Below are positions 21,333-32,549 of a DNA stretch of 64,000 bases, piece after piece; position 1 is the stretch's first letter, and the number at the start of each line of letters is the position of its first letter. Position numbers and translations under genes: made by a program. The notes beneath the pieces are model-generated. The model was not told where the DNA came from. It saw only the letters and a list, made by a program, of their open reading frames with translations, and ran no database searches. Source of the stretch: Psammoneis japonica (taxonomy: Eukaryota); assembly GCA_008632985.1 (NCBI GenBank), contig QPGO01000121.1, positions 124,001-188,000 on the forward strand, in the 5' to 3' direction.

Positions 21333-22520
21333 TCAATCTTGACCATCCTGAAAAGGAACTGGTCCGGTGGGTACCGTTGTCCACCCATCCATTGCAATGT
21401 CCATTGGATCCTCTTCGTTGTCCGATGTTATGTCGGAGGGCTCGTCGTTGCCCACTACAGTAAAAGTATTGTTCGGTGGTGTTGGGGGTATTGGGGGTGT
21501 TGGGGGAGCGACGAAAGGGTTCTTGTCGTTGGTTGGTTGCTCCGGTAGGGATATGTTGTGAAGCAAAAAGATCAACGCGTACATGACACCCAAGGAAGTA
21601 TATGGCGGGATATTTCCCAACCAAAGCTCAACATTGTTGAACGAAATTGTTCCACATGCCAATCCCAATCCAAAAAAAGCTAAAACACGACACGATGTCT
21701 TGGTGCCCTTGCGCCAACGTTTCTTACTTCCAGCAACTCGGTCCGCTAGCGCTTGTCCCAGCTTGGTCACGTGTCCCGTCATGGCATGGGTTACCGTACC
21801 TCCTAGTGCATCTACGGATGCAGCATTCAACATGCCATAGGCAAGCGATAAGAGTGGCACAAACCCCCGATATTCCATGTAGGGATATCCGCCACGAAGC
21901 ACGAGTACATCCACAAGCATAAAGAGGGACAAAATCATGGGCATTACAACAACCATGCAAGAGGAACGGGACGAGGCAGGCGTCGTTGTCGATGCTGTTG
22001 TTGCTACGGGTGGTCCCGAAACAACCTCCTTTATTTGCGGTCGCGTTTTTAAATCGACAAGTCGAAACAAAAAGATACCCAAGCTATAACATGTGACAAC
22101 CATTCCAAACAACAACGCATCGGTCAATCTCAGTTCCGTCAGAGCGGTTCCGAAACGAATGGTATTGCCAGTCATCATGTTGCAATAGAAACCGTACCGA
22201 CGAAACGATAGAATGTCACCAAAACCAGTCAAGAAGGAAATGCATGACGCAACGGTCGACTTTTGTATGAGCCCTTTTCTTGGAGCTTTTTCCTCTTGGA
22301 CAGCTGGAGGACTGATGCTGCTGCTTGCTTGTGAAATATTTACCAGTTCCTGCTCGGATGCGACCTTTGGTAAAATCCGACCTCTCTGGATTGATTCATC
22401 AGTCGATTGTTCTGGAAGCGTAGTTTCTACACGAAAGCTTGTCGGAGCTGAGAATTTTGTGCTTGCAGAACAGTGCGCCACAAACAGAGCGAGGGAAAGA
22501 AGGAGGCGTTGTTTCGTCAT
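21333..22520 (-). CDS. DUF1275 (YoaK-like) membrane protein with N-terminal signal-like peptide
   Basis: SFLTGFGD, NMMTGNTI, LAYGMLNA, THAMTGHVTKLG motifs; several hydrophobic segments. Confidence 0.85.
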   Translation of the reverse strand: MTKQRLLLSLALFVAHCSASTKFSAPTSFRVETTLPEQSTDESIQRGRILPKVASEQELVNISQASSSISPPAVQEEKAPRKGLIQKSTVASCISFLTGFGDILSFRRYGFYCNMMTGNTIRFGTALTELRLTDALLFGMVVTCYSLGIFLFRLVDLKTRPQIKEVVSGPPVATTASTTTPASSRSSCMVVVMPMILSLFMLVDVLVLRGGYPYMEYRGFVPLLSLAYGMLNAASVDALGGTVTHAMTGHVTKLGQALADRVAGSKKRWRKGTKTSCRVLAFFGLGLACGTISFNNVELWLGNIPPYTSLGVMYALIFLLHNISLPEQPTNDKNPFVAPPTPPIPPTPPNNTFTVVGNDEPSDITSDNEEDPMDIAMDGWTTVPTGPVPFQDGQD

Positions 22521-23242
22521 GAATGAGACTTGAATGAGTCGTAACAAACTATGAAATTGCTTTACTTTTAAAAAGCTTCAATCGATTGTCGGTATACCGC
22601 GAATGTCTATGCAGGTTTAACTTCACGGCGTTGAGAATGAGAAGACATCACGAAATTGATGATGTGTCTGCTGTGAGAAAAGGTGATGAAATTGTGGCCA
22701 CGTGGGTCGTCAATCATATTAAGTGTATCCAGCAATGAAGCTCCTTGATAAATACGAATTTCGAAAAATTCCCTCCGAAAGCGAATCACGGGCGGGTCGG
22801 GAGGAAACGATTCACGAGTGTGGGGAAAAGAAAAGGCGGGAACGTTTATTTGTCCTGGTCCTTGGAACAGCTAGATTTACTACAGTACATCACTACTCTC
22901 TAGCTAGCTACTCTAGAGTCTCCCATACTGTAAATTTGCATTTTGGAAGAAGATATCGCGCGATGTCTTCGACAGCAAAGTGCGCAGAAAAGCTCGCGTT
23001 GACCTCACCCTTGTCGTCTACGACTATGGTATTCCATGTTACTTGTGGTTGCTCTACTCTCTAGAAGAGAGGGGTAAGCCTCGTCTCATGACAATGCCGT
23101 ACTTTCATTTTTAATCGTTAGGCAAAGCTGCCAGGGTCAAAGGACGATGCAAGACTCACTTCTTCACGAAATGTCCCCCAATTGTTTGTGATTCAGTTTC
23201 GAACGCGTTGATAACACTATAGATCGATTCGGAATTGCAGCA

Positions 23243-23440
23243 AAAAGCAAAGCCAGTAATTGATAATTGCTGCTCAAAAGTCAGTGTAGCAGAAGGAGTC
23301 ATAAAAAGGACAGTTCCGTTGCAATGAAACATCAATTTCACCTTTGCATCATCATTTAATTCATCCCCCCAAGTTACTGCTTTTTGCTCTAGAGCCGACG
23401 GCGACATGCTTCCTCGATTGGCTCTTGCGTGTGCAACCTT
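23243..23440 (-). repeat. Diverged copy of the DCP1 last codons and 3' UTR (original about 27513-27710)
   Basis: agccgacggcgac(a/t)tgcttcctcgattggctcttgc and aaagccagt..gataattgct...ccgttgcaat are shared in collinear order. Confidence 0.88.
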
Positions 23441-23443
23441 GTG

Positions 23444-25978
23444 CTAATTGCGAACCCGCTTGGAGGGGCTGGAAAAAGGGCTTCCTGCCGCATCCACCCA
23501 AGAAGAAAAGTCACAGGGTGCGTAGTAGCGCCTGTTTTTCTTCTTGTAGCATGTGTAATAATGGCGTCCGGGATTGCTGGCGCTGTGGCTTGTTGCCACC
23601 ATTGCTGAGTCCCCGCAGTCACACAAGGGAAACATTTGGATAAAGTCGCATTTTTCGTCACTGTTGTCGAGCCTTCCACAGAGATGAATCTGCCGTCCTC
23701 GGTTTGGTCCTTCCTTGGAGACGGTTCGCTCGGTCACTGGCAAACCACAGTCACACAAGGAGCGAACTCGCTGATAGGCTACCAGAAACTCGACAAAGAT
23801 TCGTTCCGGCTCAAAGATAACATACTCACGAAATGTCTTGACGCGGCCTCCCGGCTCTGCCAGCAAACAAGACGGCTTGGTTCCGTCTTGAAGCGGCGCT
23901 AACGTGCTTCTCGTGGTTTCATCTGTAAAGAGTTTCTCTTGATCCTCGACGCGCGTCTTGCCATCCTTTGTGGTGACCATGTTTCGACCCAAAACAACGC
24001 GAGAAATGAGACAATACCGCACGTGGGTGGCGTGCCGGTGAGAGGTGTAAATCTTTTCATGCAACGAGGCGAGTTCGCCCTCCTTTTGATACCGCTTGTC
24101 GACGCGAGTGTATTGATCCATCTTGGCGGCATGCTCGGCAAAGTACACGCCGCGTCCAAAATTCCCATTGGAAGCACTGGCGGGAACTAAACCTTCAAAC
24201 AAAATACTGTACAAGTTGGAGGGATCGGTACCGTGCAAGAGAAAGACTTCTCCAGCCGTTGCCGTGTCGAGTTGGTCTTTTCCCAGAGCCTTCATGGCAT
24301 CTTGGTACTCTTCCGGCAATGACACGGGGGAAACAGCGCCAATGGCAGCGCTTGACGATGCCTTTGCTTGTTGCTTGGCTTGTTCGTAGTGCTCCATTCT
24401 GGAGGGTTTGCAAATGTAACTGGCTAGCAGGGGGGTCAGACGGTCGGTGATGACGTTTCGTCACTTAGAGGGGTCATTTCATTACTTAAAGGGTTCGTTG
24501 AGTGCCGAGGCGAGTGACCGGGTGCCGAGGCGAGTGACCCAAATATGACGTCAGTAACAGGCTAGTGACCGAGTGCCGAGGCGAGTGACCCAAATATGAC
24601 GTCAGTAACAAGGCGAGTGACCGGGTGCCGAGGAGAGTGACAAATTTACATAACGTAGCTGATAAATTCACATAACGCAGCAATTTATTACAGACTATGA
24701 CCGTAGACTAGTATAATGTATATACATATAAATATTAAGTTTATGCAATTTGAATTTATACATTATTATGTCTATTAAGTTTATTATTATGAAGTTGGAA
24801 TGCCAACGGTAAAAGCCACACGAATGCAGTGCGAGTCATCACGCTGATGCGTCCGACGAACCGGATTGAGCCACGATGACACCCAAAGCGCCGCAAAACA
24901 GCAACAGTGAGCCAAAAAGACGCAACAGGAAAGCACAATAGTGGGGTATCGTTGCACCACTATGAGTAGTTGAAGCGAGCAAAAAAGAGGCGCGCCGCGA
25001 CGAACAAAAGCAACAGCAACACGCACCATGCACGAAACTCATCGAAACGGCGTCAAAACAGCACAACGCAACGCAACAGCAAAAAATCCAACGCTCCCAA
25101 CGAATCACAATCATCAAAATTAGTCATACACATTGCTCTTACCTCCCGAATTGCGGTGCGTCAGTCGATTTATAAGCGGCCTGAGTCCATGGCGTGTCGT
25201 CGTCGTGAAAGTGAGTATTGTGTGTGTGAAATTCTGCACGAAAGCGGTCCCGGAAAATCGATTCAAATTGTGACTGTTACGTAGAATCCTACGTGGTAAG
25301 TATGAGCATTGGCTACTCCGACTGTCTTTTATAGATATATACAGTATATAATCCTGCTTATCCAGTTACCGATATAACTCAGTGCCTGAAGACATGGCCT
25401 GAAGCCTATCAAAAATGTCCGAAGCACGGTGATGGGTAGGCTGAAGTCTTCAGTATCGCCAGTTATTTACAGTGCCAGACTCCCACAACTTGTAGCTTAT
25501 CGTACGGGAAATGAGATCGATCGTGCGCTGCATGGCGCATCTTTTCCGGATCGACCCTCATCATGGTCTCGATCAATTGCACCGTTTTCCAATCCGACAA
25601 GTAGCTGGCAAAACCAGGGAGGGCGGGACGTTTCTTTCGGGGTGGCGTTCCCCGCAGCGCGCTCGCGGGGGCTTCTTGTTGAAACTGAAAATAATCACAT
25701 CCCCTCGGCCACGACGCGCAGCCCCAAAATTTTCGTCCCACGTTTGCACCTCTCTTGACACTTCGTTCCACCGATGCCTTGTTGTATTTGCACAAGGGTC
25801 CGGCTCGGCTCGAAAAGGACAAGGAAGTGGAACCGCCGGCCCAGTCAAATTTGCCACATTCGTTGCATTTGAAATAGCGACGATTCGGGAACTTTGCCTG
25901 AGGACTGGATATACGTTGCTCTCGAAGAGCACCACAGGAACAGAGCGATGTTTCTGACGGGCGGGATGGGCTTTCCAT
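23444..25978 (-). CDS. GRF zinc finger (x2) - PARP/ART catalytic domain - GRF zinc finger (x2) protein, interrupted by a ~1.05-kb insertion
   Basis: 5' part CSCG..PNRRYFKC..C.KFDW and NVGRKFWGC..CDYF; 3' part LLHGT, FGRGVYFA, FREYVIF, then CDCG..PNRGR and CDCG..NPGRHYYTC..CDFSSW. Whether it is intact depends on splicing. Confidence 0.8.
24415..25471. mobile_element. Non-coding insertion with TG..CA ends and short imperfect inverted termini (solo LTR or non-autonomous DNA element)
   Basis: tgtaactggc ... gccagttatttaca; internal tandem repeats, AT-rich tract and TATA-like tract; splits the PARP domain; no TSD found. Confidence 0.6.
24500..24641. repeat. Composite tandem repeat (gtgccgaggcgagtgacc x4; caaatatgacgtcagtaaca x2)
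   Basis: Read directly from the sequence. Confidence 0.9.
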
Positions 25979-26335
25979 AATGGCACAGCGTCGTGTTGGA
26001 TGGAACAAACAGAAGAATCAATCACAGATCAAAATTCTACTTGGGTTCGGATCGATGCGAAGCGGTGTCATGTGGTGTCACGTGATTTCCCCTGCGGTAT
26101 GCGCGACCCGAACCATCAGTTTGACACTAAAAAAGCAATGAACGTCTGCGGCAAAGATATGCCGTCTGAAACGTTCAATACGGGTAAGGCTACCCTTCAC
26201 AAATACATGAGACGATTTATCTTTGTTCCTATCACGCCAAATTGAAAAGACATTTGACGCACACTTGAGGTTTGAGGAGGTATTGAGGACGCAAAAGTAC
26301 TGGTGGTGATTTTTGACATCATTTTTTTCGGCAGC

Positions 26336-27109
26336 ATGGAGTCGGGGTTTGATATTAATGCAAATGGTGGAATTTATGAGCGTGGCAAGCCTTATGACAT
26401 TTTGAAGAAACTTGAGATTGCGACGGTGTATGAAGAACTCAAATTTTCTTCAATGATAGACGAGCCGCCAACGCCTACTGAGATTGCTAGATTGTGCCGC
26501 GTTTCTAGGGTTTTTGCGAAGAAAGTTATGGATGAAGTCGATTTTGAGGGTCGTGTGATTGATCCAAATGAACTGGCTCTAGGTCGAGAGCTGACAAGAG
26601 GTCTTGGAAACATCGCTTTGACTCCAGAGGAGGAGTGCTACTTCCTATGGCTTCAGTCTCATACCATGCCGCCTCTGGCACAGCCAGTCCTTCCTCTAGG
26701 CTGGAGAGCCGCGTATGATATTGCCAGCAACAGGATGTACTATTACAGTAGCACTACGGGTGAAACAAGGTGGGCGAACCCACAGCAGGACACCCCCAAT
26801 CCCATTCCGCCCCCACCTCCACCACCGTTGCAGGAAGAGCAGCAGCTTCCTCCGGGCTGGAGCACATACCTTGATGGTACTAGTAACATGGTATACTATC
26901 ACAATTCGACAACGGGTGAAACAAGCTGGGAGAAGCCAAAGCAACATTCTCAAGAAATTGTGTCACAGTCGACTTCTGCAGCGGCCTCCAGCGCTCCACG
27001 GGCTGAACCCCCACATTCTACCCAACAGGGCAACAACGGGGCACCTACTGCCAGTATCACCACCGAGGAAACTATGGTTCATCATGACACTCCGCAAACA
27101 AAGCTTTAA
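26336..27109 (+). CDS. Chimeric ORF: Tc1/IS630-like paired-type HTH fused to two WW domains
   Basis: INANGGIYERGKPY..KLEIA..EIARLCRVSRVFAKKV..RGLG..L then LPLGW..YYYSSTTGETRWANP, poly-Pro, LPPGW..YYHNSTTGETSWEKP. Confidence 0.7.
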   Translation: MESGFDINANGGIYERGKPYDILKKLEIATVYEELKFSSMIDEPPTPTEIARLCRVSRVFAKKVMDEVDFEGRVIDPNELALGRELTRGLGNIALTPEEECYFLWLQSHTMPPLAQPVLPLGWRAAYDIASNRMYYYSSTTGETRWANPQQDTPNPIPPPPPPPLQEEQQLPPGWSTYLDGTSNMVYYHNSTTGETSWEKPKQHSQEIVSQSTSAAASSAPRAEPPHSTQQGNNGAPTASITTEETMVHHDTPQTKL

Positions 27110-27650
27110 GTTGCCCAGAAGCTTTGCTTGATTTGGCGTCCACTTCTACAGAATGATTGGCAACTACAGAACACGACCGGTTGGTACCGTACAATCTTCT
27201 GCTTTGCATGCTTCTTTTTTCTGGGCTTGAGATTTGTATCCACTCCCGCATTTTATGTACTTGGAGTGCTATTTTGCGAGCGAGTAATTCATTGTATTCT
27301 TGTCCTCACCATGACTCTATTTGCAGCTTTTGTATTTGGCCAAGCTTTGTTTCCCAGATCGGCCAACTTTGTTCTCGTTGCGAGTCGGTGATGACAAAGT
27401 ACAAACACTAGTCGAATAAGTGTATAGAATCATTGATACACAACGGCAACCAGTTATTTGTGATCACGTTTCACGCACGTCAAAGCACTAGATCAATTCA
27501 AATTTGCACCAGAAAAGTAAAGCCAGTTACAGATAATTGCTACGCAAAAGTCGATGCAGTAGAAGTAGTTGAAAATACAGCACCGTTGCAATAAAATCAA
27601 TTTCACTTTTTGCAATATACTGTTTAACTTCTTTCCCCCCAAATTTACTA

Positions 27651-28414
27651 TTACTTTTTACTAGCCGACGGCGACTTGCTTCCTCGATTGGCTCTTGCAT
27701 GTGCCACTTTGAGATACTGTGCATGAATCAAATCCAAAAAGCGTTCATCCTGAATCAACGATAACAGCGACAATTGCAAACTCTTTTTATCCAGCACGAG
27801 CGGATCTACTTGTTGTTGTGGTTGTTTCTGATCTACTTGTTGTTGTGGTGGCGTCTCGGAAGGAGCTTTATCATTCAAAGACAGGGGTGATAGGAGAGGC
27901 ACTTGGTTTGTCTCAGCCTGAGCAGCAGCCGCTTCTTGTGGTTTTTCTATGGTTGTCGTGGTTGCCAATTCCTCTAGTGGCTTGTGCTTTTTCTCCAAAT
28001 CCTCCACATGCTGCAACGATTCCACAACACGTTCCAACAAGGAATACATGGCGAGTCGTTCCGTTTCATCATGAAACCATATACCCCGAATCATGACTTG
28101 ATTGTCTTGTTTGAGTCGAAAAATCAAAAAGGGTGCCGCCTCGTGTTGCATTTGAAAGGTTGGCGTCAGCGGCAGGACCAATTGTCGACGGACGCACGAT
28201 TCAAAATGACCAATTGAAAGCGTGGTGGAGCTTGAGAGCGTTTGACTAAAAAGAGCGATCCCTCGACATTGGATTTCGTCCAAGCGTCTTGAAGAAACTC
28301 GTACAAGACCACGTGCGAAGCAGAACCGACAATGTCCAAGACGGCAGGATCGAACCGTTGGAGTACTCTCAAATTTGCCTTTTTGCGAGCTTCTTCTGTA
28401 ACACTACTGGCCAT
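27651..28414 (-). CDS. DCP1: mRNA decapping factor DCP1 (1-nt frameshift near 28178)
   Basis: NLRVLQRFDP, ASHVVLYEF, VEGSLFLVKR, ILNR, GIWF, C-terminal LIQDERFLDLIHAQY. Adding one G (TGG GTC) joins the two ORFs. Confidence 0.9.
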
Positions 28415-28874
28415 GATGTTGTTGTTGTTGTTGTTGACTTTTGCTCTCTAGTTTTCGATTAACAATAGAGACGTTCTTGCTGACTGTTTCGTTGGCTGTT
28501 GGCTGTTGCATGCGCTTATACACCTTATAGCTTGCCTTCTTGCTTCGTTGTGCGTTGGAGGGAGTTTTTGGCGGGAGAGGTACGGACGGTACTGTATGTA
28601 TCCGCTGAGCCGTCGAGAAGACCAAGATCGTTCTCTCTAATGTTGGTCTAAAATGAAGAAGAGACATTCGTCATATATATAAGTGTGTCCTCAGAAACAA
28701 ATCGATTTCTGCATGTGACGATCCGTTTCGCGCAGAGGATTTTTTCTTGTTGCGGTCACCAAGACACGAGTCACAAAGACACAAACGAACGGCGGTGCAG
28801 TTAGCATTACAGCATCATTGGCTCTAGCATCTACAGCAGTGTCTCTCTCTACAACATAATACTGTATAGTCATC

Positions 28875-31168
28875 ATGTCGGAAAGCCGTCCCAAGAAAAG
28901 CAGCAGCAGCAGCATTACGCTATCGATTGGTAATTTACCCTCCAATCGTTTGGCATTGACAAATCGTGTCTATGTCTCGCCCGCCGTCTTTGAAGGCTTG
29001 GTCCGCAAGCAGTCTCCGGAAAACGCGCAGAGCAATCTCCTCTTGGTCCGCGTCGGTCCTCATCCGTACGCCGCCGAAGCTCATCCCAAGGTTCCCGACG
29101 ATCAAGTGGCATTGAACGGTTTGCAACGTCGGTTTGCTCAAGTCAGTTTGGGCACACCCGTCAAGGTCAAGCCCTTTGTGCCACCACCCAACTTTGCACT
29201 CGCCACGTTGGATCTGAGTGTCGACTTGTTGGCGAAAAAGTCAATCGGTAAAGGCCAGAAACCGCGTGAATTGGATACGGATCGTCTGGCCAATGACGTG
29301 CTGTTGGCCTATGAGGGACAAATCTTTGAAGTGGGGCGGATTCTGGCCATGGACTTTGAAGGGACAAGGTGGAACTCACGGTCAAAGAAGTGGGACAGAT
29401 TGATTTGAATCAAGCAAGTGTCGAAAGCAGCGGTACTGCTACTACAACCACAACCATGGGTCAATTGTTGGCACCAACCGAACTAGTCTTTTCACGTCCC
29501 GAACAGGGCGGCACGAATGCGATTGCTCTCACAGGAAGCCGCATTGCCGGCGGTGGAGCCGCCACGAATATCTTTTTGAGTGACTTTGATTTTGAAAAAT
29601 TGGGCATTGGTGGATTGGATTCCGAATTTAATGAGATTTTCCGTCGTGCCTTTGCCAGTCGCATTTGGCCGGCGCACATTATCAAACAAATGGGAATCAA
29701 TCACGTTCGTGGCATGTTATTGTATGGACCACCCGGATGCGGAAAGACCTTGATTGCACGGCAAATTGGTAAAGTGCTCAATGCGCGGGAACCCAAAATT
29801 GTCAATGGACCGGAAATTCTCAACAAATATGTGGGTGGCAGTGAAGAAAAGATTCGAGAATTGTTTGCCGAAGCGGAACAAGAACAGTTGGAAGCGGGCG
29901 ATCATTCCATGCTTCATATTGTCATTATGGACGAAATGGATGCCATTTGCAAGACACGTGGTACCGTGAGAGATGGAACGGGGGTATCGGATTCGGTTGT
30001 GAATCAGCTATTGTCCAAGATTGATGGAGTGGATTCGCTCAATAATATTTTGTTGATTGGAATGACCAATCGTAAAGACATGATTGACGATGCTTTGCTG
30101 CGTCCCGGACGTTTAGAGGTGCACGTGGAGATTGGATTGCCCGATGCCAAGGGAAGGACTCAAATTTTGGGAATTCACACCAAGAATATGCGAGAGAGCA
30201 ACCGCATCATGCCGGAAGTGATGGAACGCCTAGACGAATTGGCGTCCAAGTGTAAAAACTTTTCCGGTGCGGAAATTGAGGGCCTGGTCAAGGCTGCCAC
30301 GTCGTTTGCCTTGACGCGATGTGTGGATGTCAAGGATTTGACCAAGGCACCCGATGAAAAGAATTTGATTCTCCGCTATGAAGATTTTGAGCGTGCCCTC
30401 AATGACGTGGAACCCAAGTTTGGTGCCAAGAGCACAGAACTCAAGGCTCTCTACCGTAATGGCTTTGTCCCGTATGGCGATACCTTTGACAGTCTCATGG
30501 GGACCATGGAACGTCTTGTCGAACAGGTCCGGACGTCCAGCAAGACGCCGCTCATGAGTGTCTTGCTGCAGGGTCCCCCCAACTCTGGTAAAACGGCAGT
30601 CGCCGCCAAGGTGGCGGTCGATTCGGGCTTTCCGTTTGTTCGAATGATTTCAGCCGATGAAATGATTGGTCATTCGGAAACCTCCAAATGCCAAACCATT
30701 CACAAGGCTTTTATGGATTCGTACAAGTCGCCGCTTTCTCTCATTTTCATTGATGACATTGAGCGTATAATTGAATACGTTCCTATCGGACCTCGCTTTT
30801 CCAACACTGTCTTGCAAACCCTCCTGGTTCTCTTGAAAAAGGTCCCGCCGGATGAGGGACGTCGTCTTTTGGTTCTCGGTACCACGAGTTGTCCGCACTT
30901 GTTGGAAGATTTGGGTCTTGTCCAAGCCTTTAGTGTGCAGCAGCGTGTGCCGCTTATTGAGGAACCCGCCCAAATCACAGAAGTCCTACGGTTGGCGGCA
31001 CACATGAATGAACGTGATGCCGAAAACATTTCTCGTGCCATTACCAAACCTATTGGCATCAAACATCTATTGATGGTGGCCGAAATGGCTCGCCAAGGAT
31101 CCAACCACGCCGGCGGATCTGTGGATGTAAATGTCTTTATGGAGTGCCTTCACACTGTGGGTTACTAG
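28875..31168 (+). CDS. NSF: Vesicle-fusing ATPase NSF/Sec18 (1-nt frameshift near 29365)
   Basis: LALTNRVYVS, GIGGLDSEFNEIFRRAFASR, GPPGCGKT, DEMDAI, LLRPGRLEV, second AAA domain GPPNSGKT, IGPRFSN. Confidence 0.95.
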
Positions 31169-31301
31169 AAATAAGATGCGATTGGGTGGTGGGAGAAGAG
31201 TATGTTGCTACGGCTCTGTACGAAATTATGCACGGTGGCGGTATCAGTAAAATATAGCAAAAAATTAGATAGGACGAGTGTTCTATCCTCCTACTTCTAC
31301 T

Positions 31302-32243
31302 CTAGTTTGCACCGTCACTACTCTTTGCGAGACCTGCTTCGGGCTTGAAACTTTGAAAGTGGACTGTTTGAGTACCAGCTGCGGTATCGTAGTCAATACA
31401 AGTAACGCTAGCGGTTGCAATCTTGAGTCCTGCCATTTCATTTGTTGGAATGCCAAGAGCGTCACTCAGCATCGATCTGGTAACTTGCAAATGGCTAACA
31501 AGTGCACTCGCTTTGCCCGTGTCTGCAGCTTTTAAAAGCTCGTCACGGGCTTGCAGTACCCGAGCTTTTAATGCAGGATACGATTCTCCACCGTCAGGTG
31601 TAGCGCTTTCGTCACAGGCATCAAACCTCTTCATGGCGTCCTTGCCGATTTCTTCTTTCGTTTTGCCACACCAATCGCCTCGATCGAGTTCGGTAAATCC
31701 AATGCTAATCAAAAGGTCGGGATTGTCTGTCTTTTGTAGCTTCAGTACCTCCTTTGCACCAAATATTGCCCGTTTCAATGGACTGCTCGCAACATGCTGG
31801 AGTTGAAACTGCTCCAGGTACTTGGCAGCGGCGATAGCCTCGGCTTCTCCCAATTTGCTCAATGGAACGTCCATGGCGCCATAGTACACCGGTCTATCTC
31901 CACCCGGATTAATCACCTCCCCGTGTCTTACCAAAAAGAGACGCTTTGCATTGACATCAATAGGCGGGAGCTGTGGCTCTCCATTATCATCCTGTGGAAC
32001 CTCACACGCTGCGGCGTCTACTTCGGAACATTCTTCGCTGCTTGTTGCAGCCGATGACATTTTAGTCACCGTTGCAGGACAGCGATGATTTCCAAAAGCA
32101 GCAGTCGAACTAAAGAATGTCAATGAGTATGTGGGAAGAACAAGAGTTGATAACAAAAGCGCTAAACGCGAAAGGTTAACCGCGAATCTCGTCATGGTGG
32201 CGTCGTCTGAGAGAAGAAAAAGTGAGACCGTTTTCGAGAGCAT
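31302..32243 (-). CDS. Histidine phosphatase / phosphoglycerate-mutase-like protein with N-terminal targeting-like peptide
   Basis: LFLVRHGE, SSPLKRA, ELDRGDW, GGES, LVSH; the start could also be 32195. Confidence 0.88.
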   Translation of the reverse strand: MLSKTVSLFLLSDDATMTRFAVNLSRLALLLSTLVLPTYSLTFFSSTAAFGNHRCPATVTKMSSAATSSEECSEVDAAACEVPQDDNGEPQLPPIDVNAKRLFLVRHGEVINPGGDRPVYYGAMDVPLSKLGEAEAIAAAKYLEQFQLQHVASSPLKRAIFGAKEVLKLQKTDNPDLLISIGFTELDRGDWCGKTKEEIGKDAMKRFDACDESATPDGGESYPALKARVLQARDELLKAADTGKASALVSHLQVTRSMLSDALGIPTNEMAGLKIATASVTCIDYDTAAGTQTVHFQSFKPEAGLAKSSDGAN

Positions 32244-32549
32244 GTTGCTGACGTGTGACGAGGTGACCGGGCGACAGAATGACAGGTTTTTTGTTTTTTG
32301 CATTGCAAGTTAAAGCTGAAAGTGAAGTCCTCGCCTCACGACGATAATTGGGACCAACGTTTCTCATGCGATAAAAAACAGTTTCTAAAAGGCATACAGT
32401 GTAAGCTATTTGTCTACAAAGAACTGATATACATTGCCTTCTCTACGTCATTGATTTGGTAACAACTACCTTTACGTCAATAACTACATTGCACTGTCGA
32501 ACGGACCACACCTCTGCTAATTTGAAATTCAACCAGCCACTCATGAGCT

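Noticed and set aside
24500..24641. CRISPR-like array
   Set aside because: The intervening segments are themselves repeated, there are no cas genes, and the context is eukaryotic.
27128..27391. Hydrophobic ORF after the WW gene
   Set aside because: It could be a further exon, but I could not establish convincing splice sites or homology.
28170..29370. DCP1 and NSF as pseudogenes
   Set aside because: Each has one missing base in a short run (GGG, AAA) and is otherwise fully conserved; read mapping would settle it.
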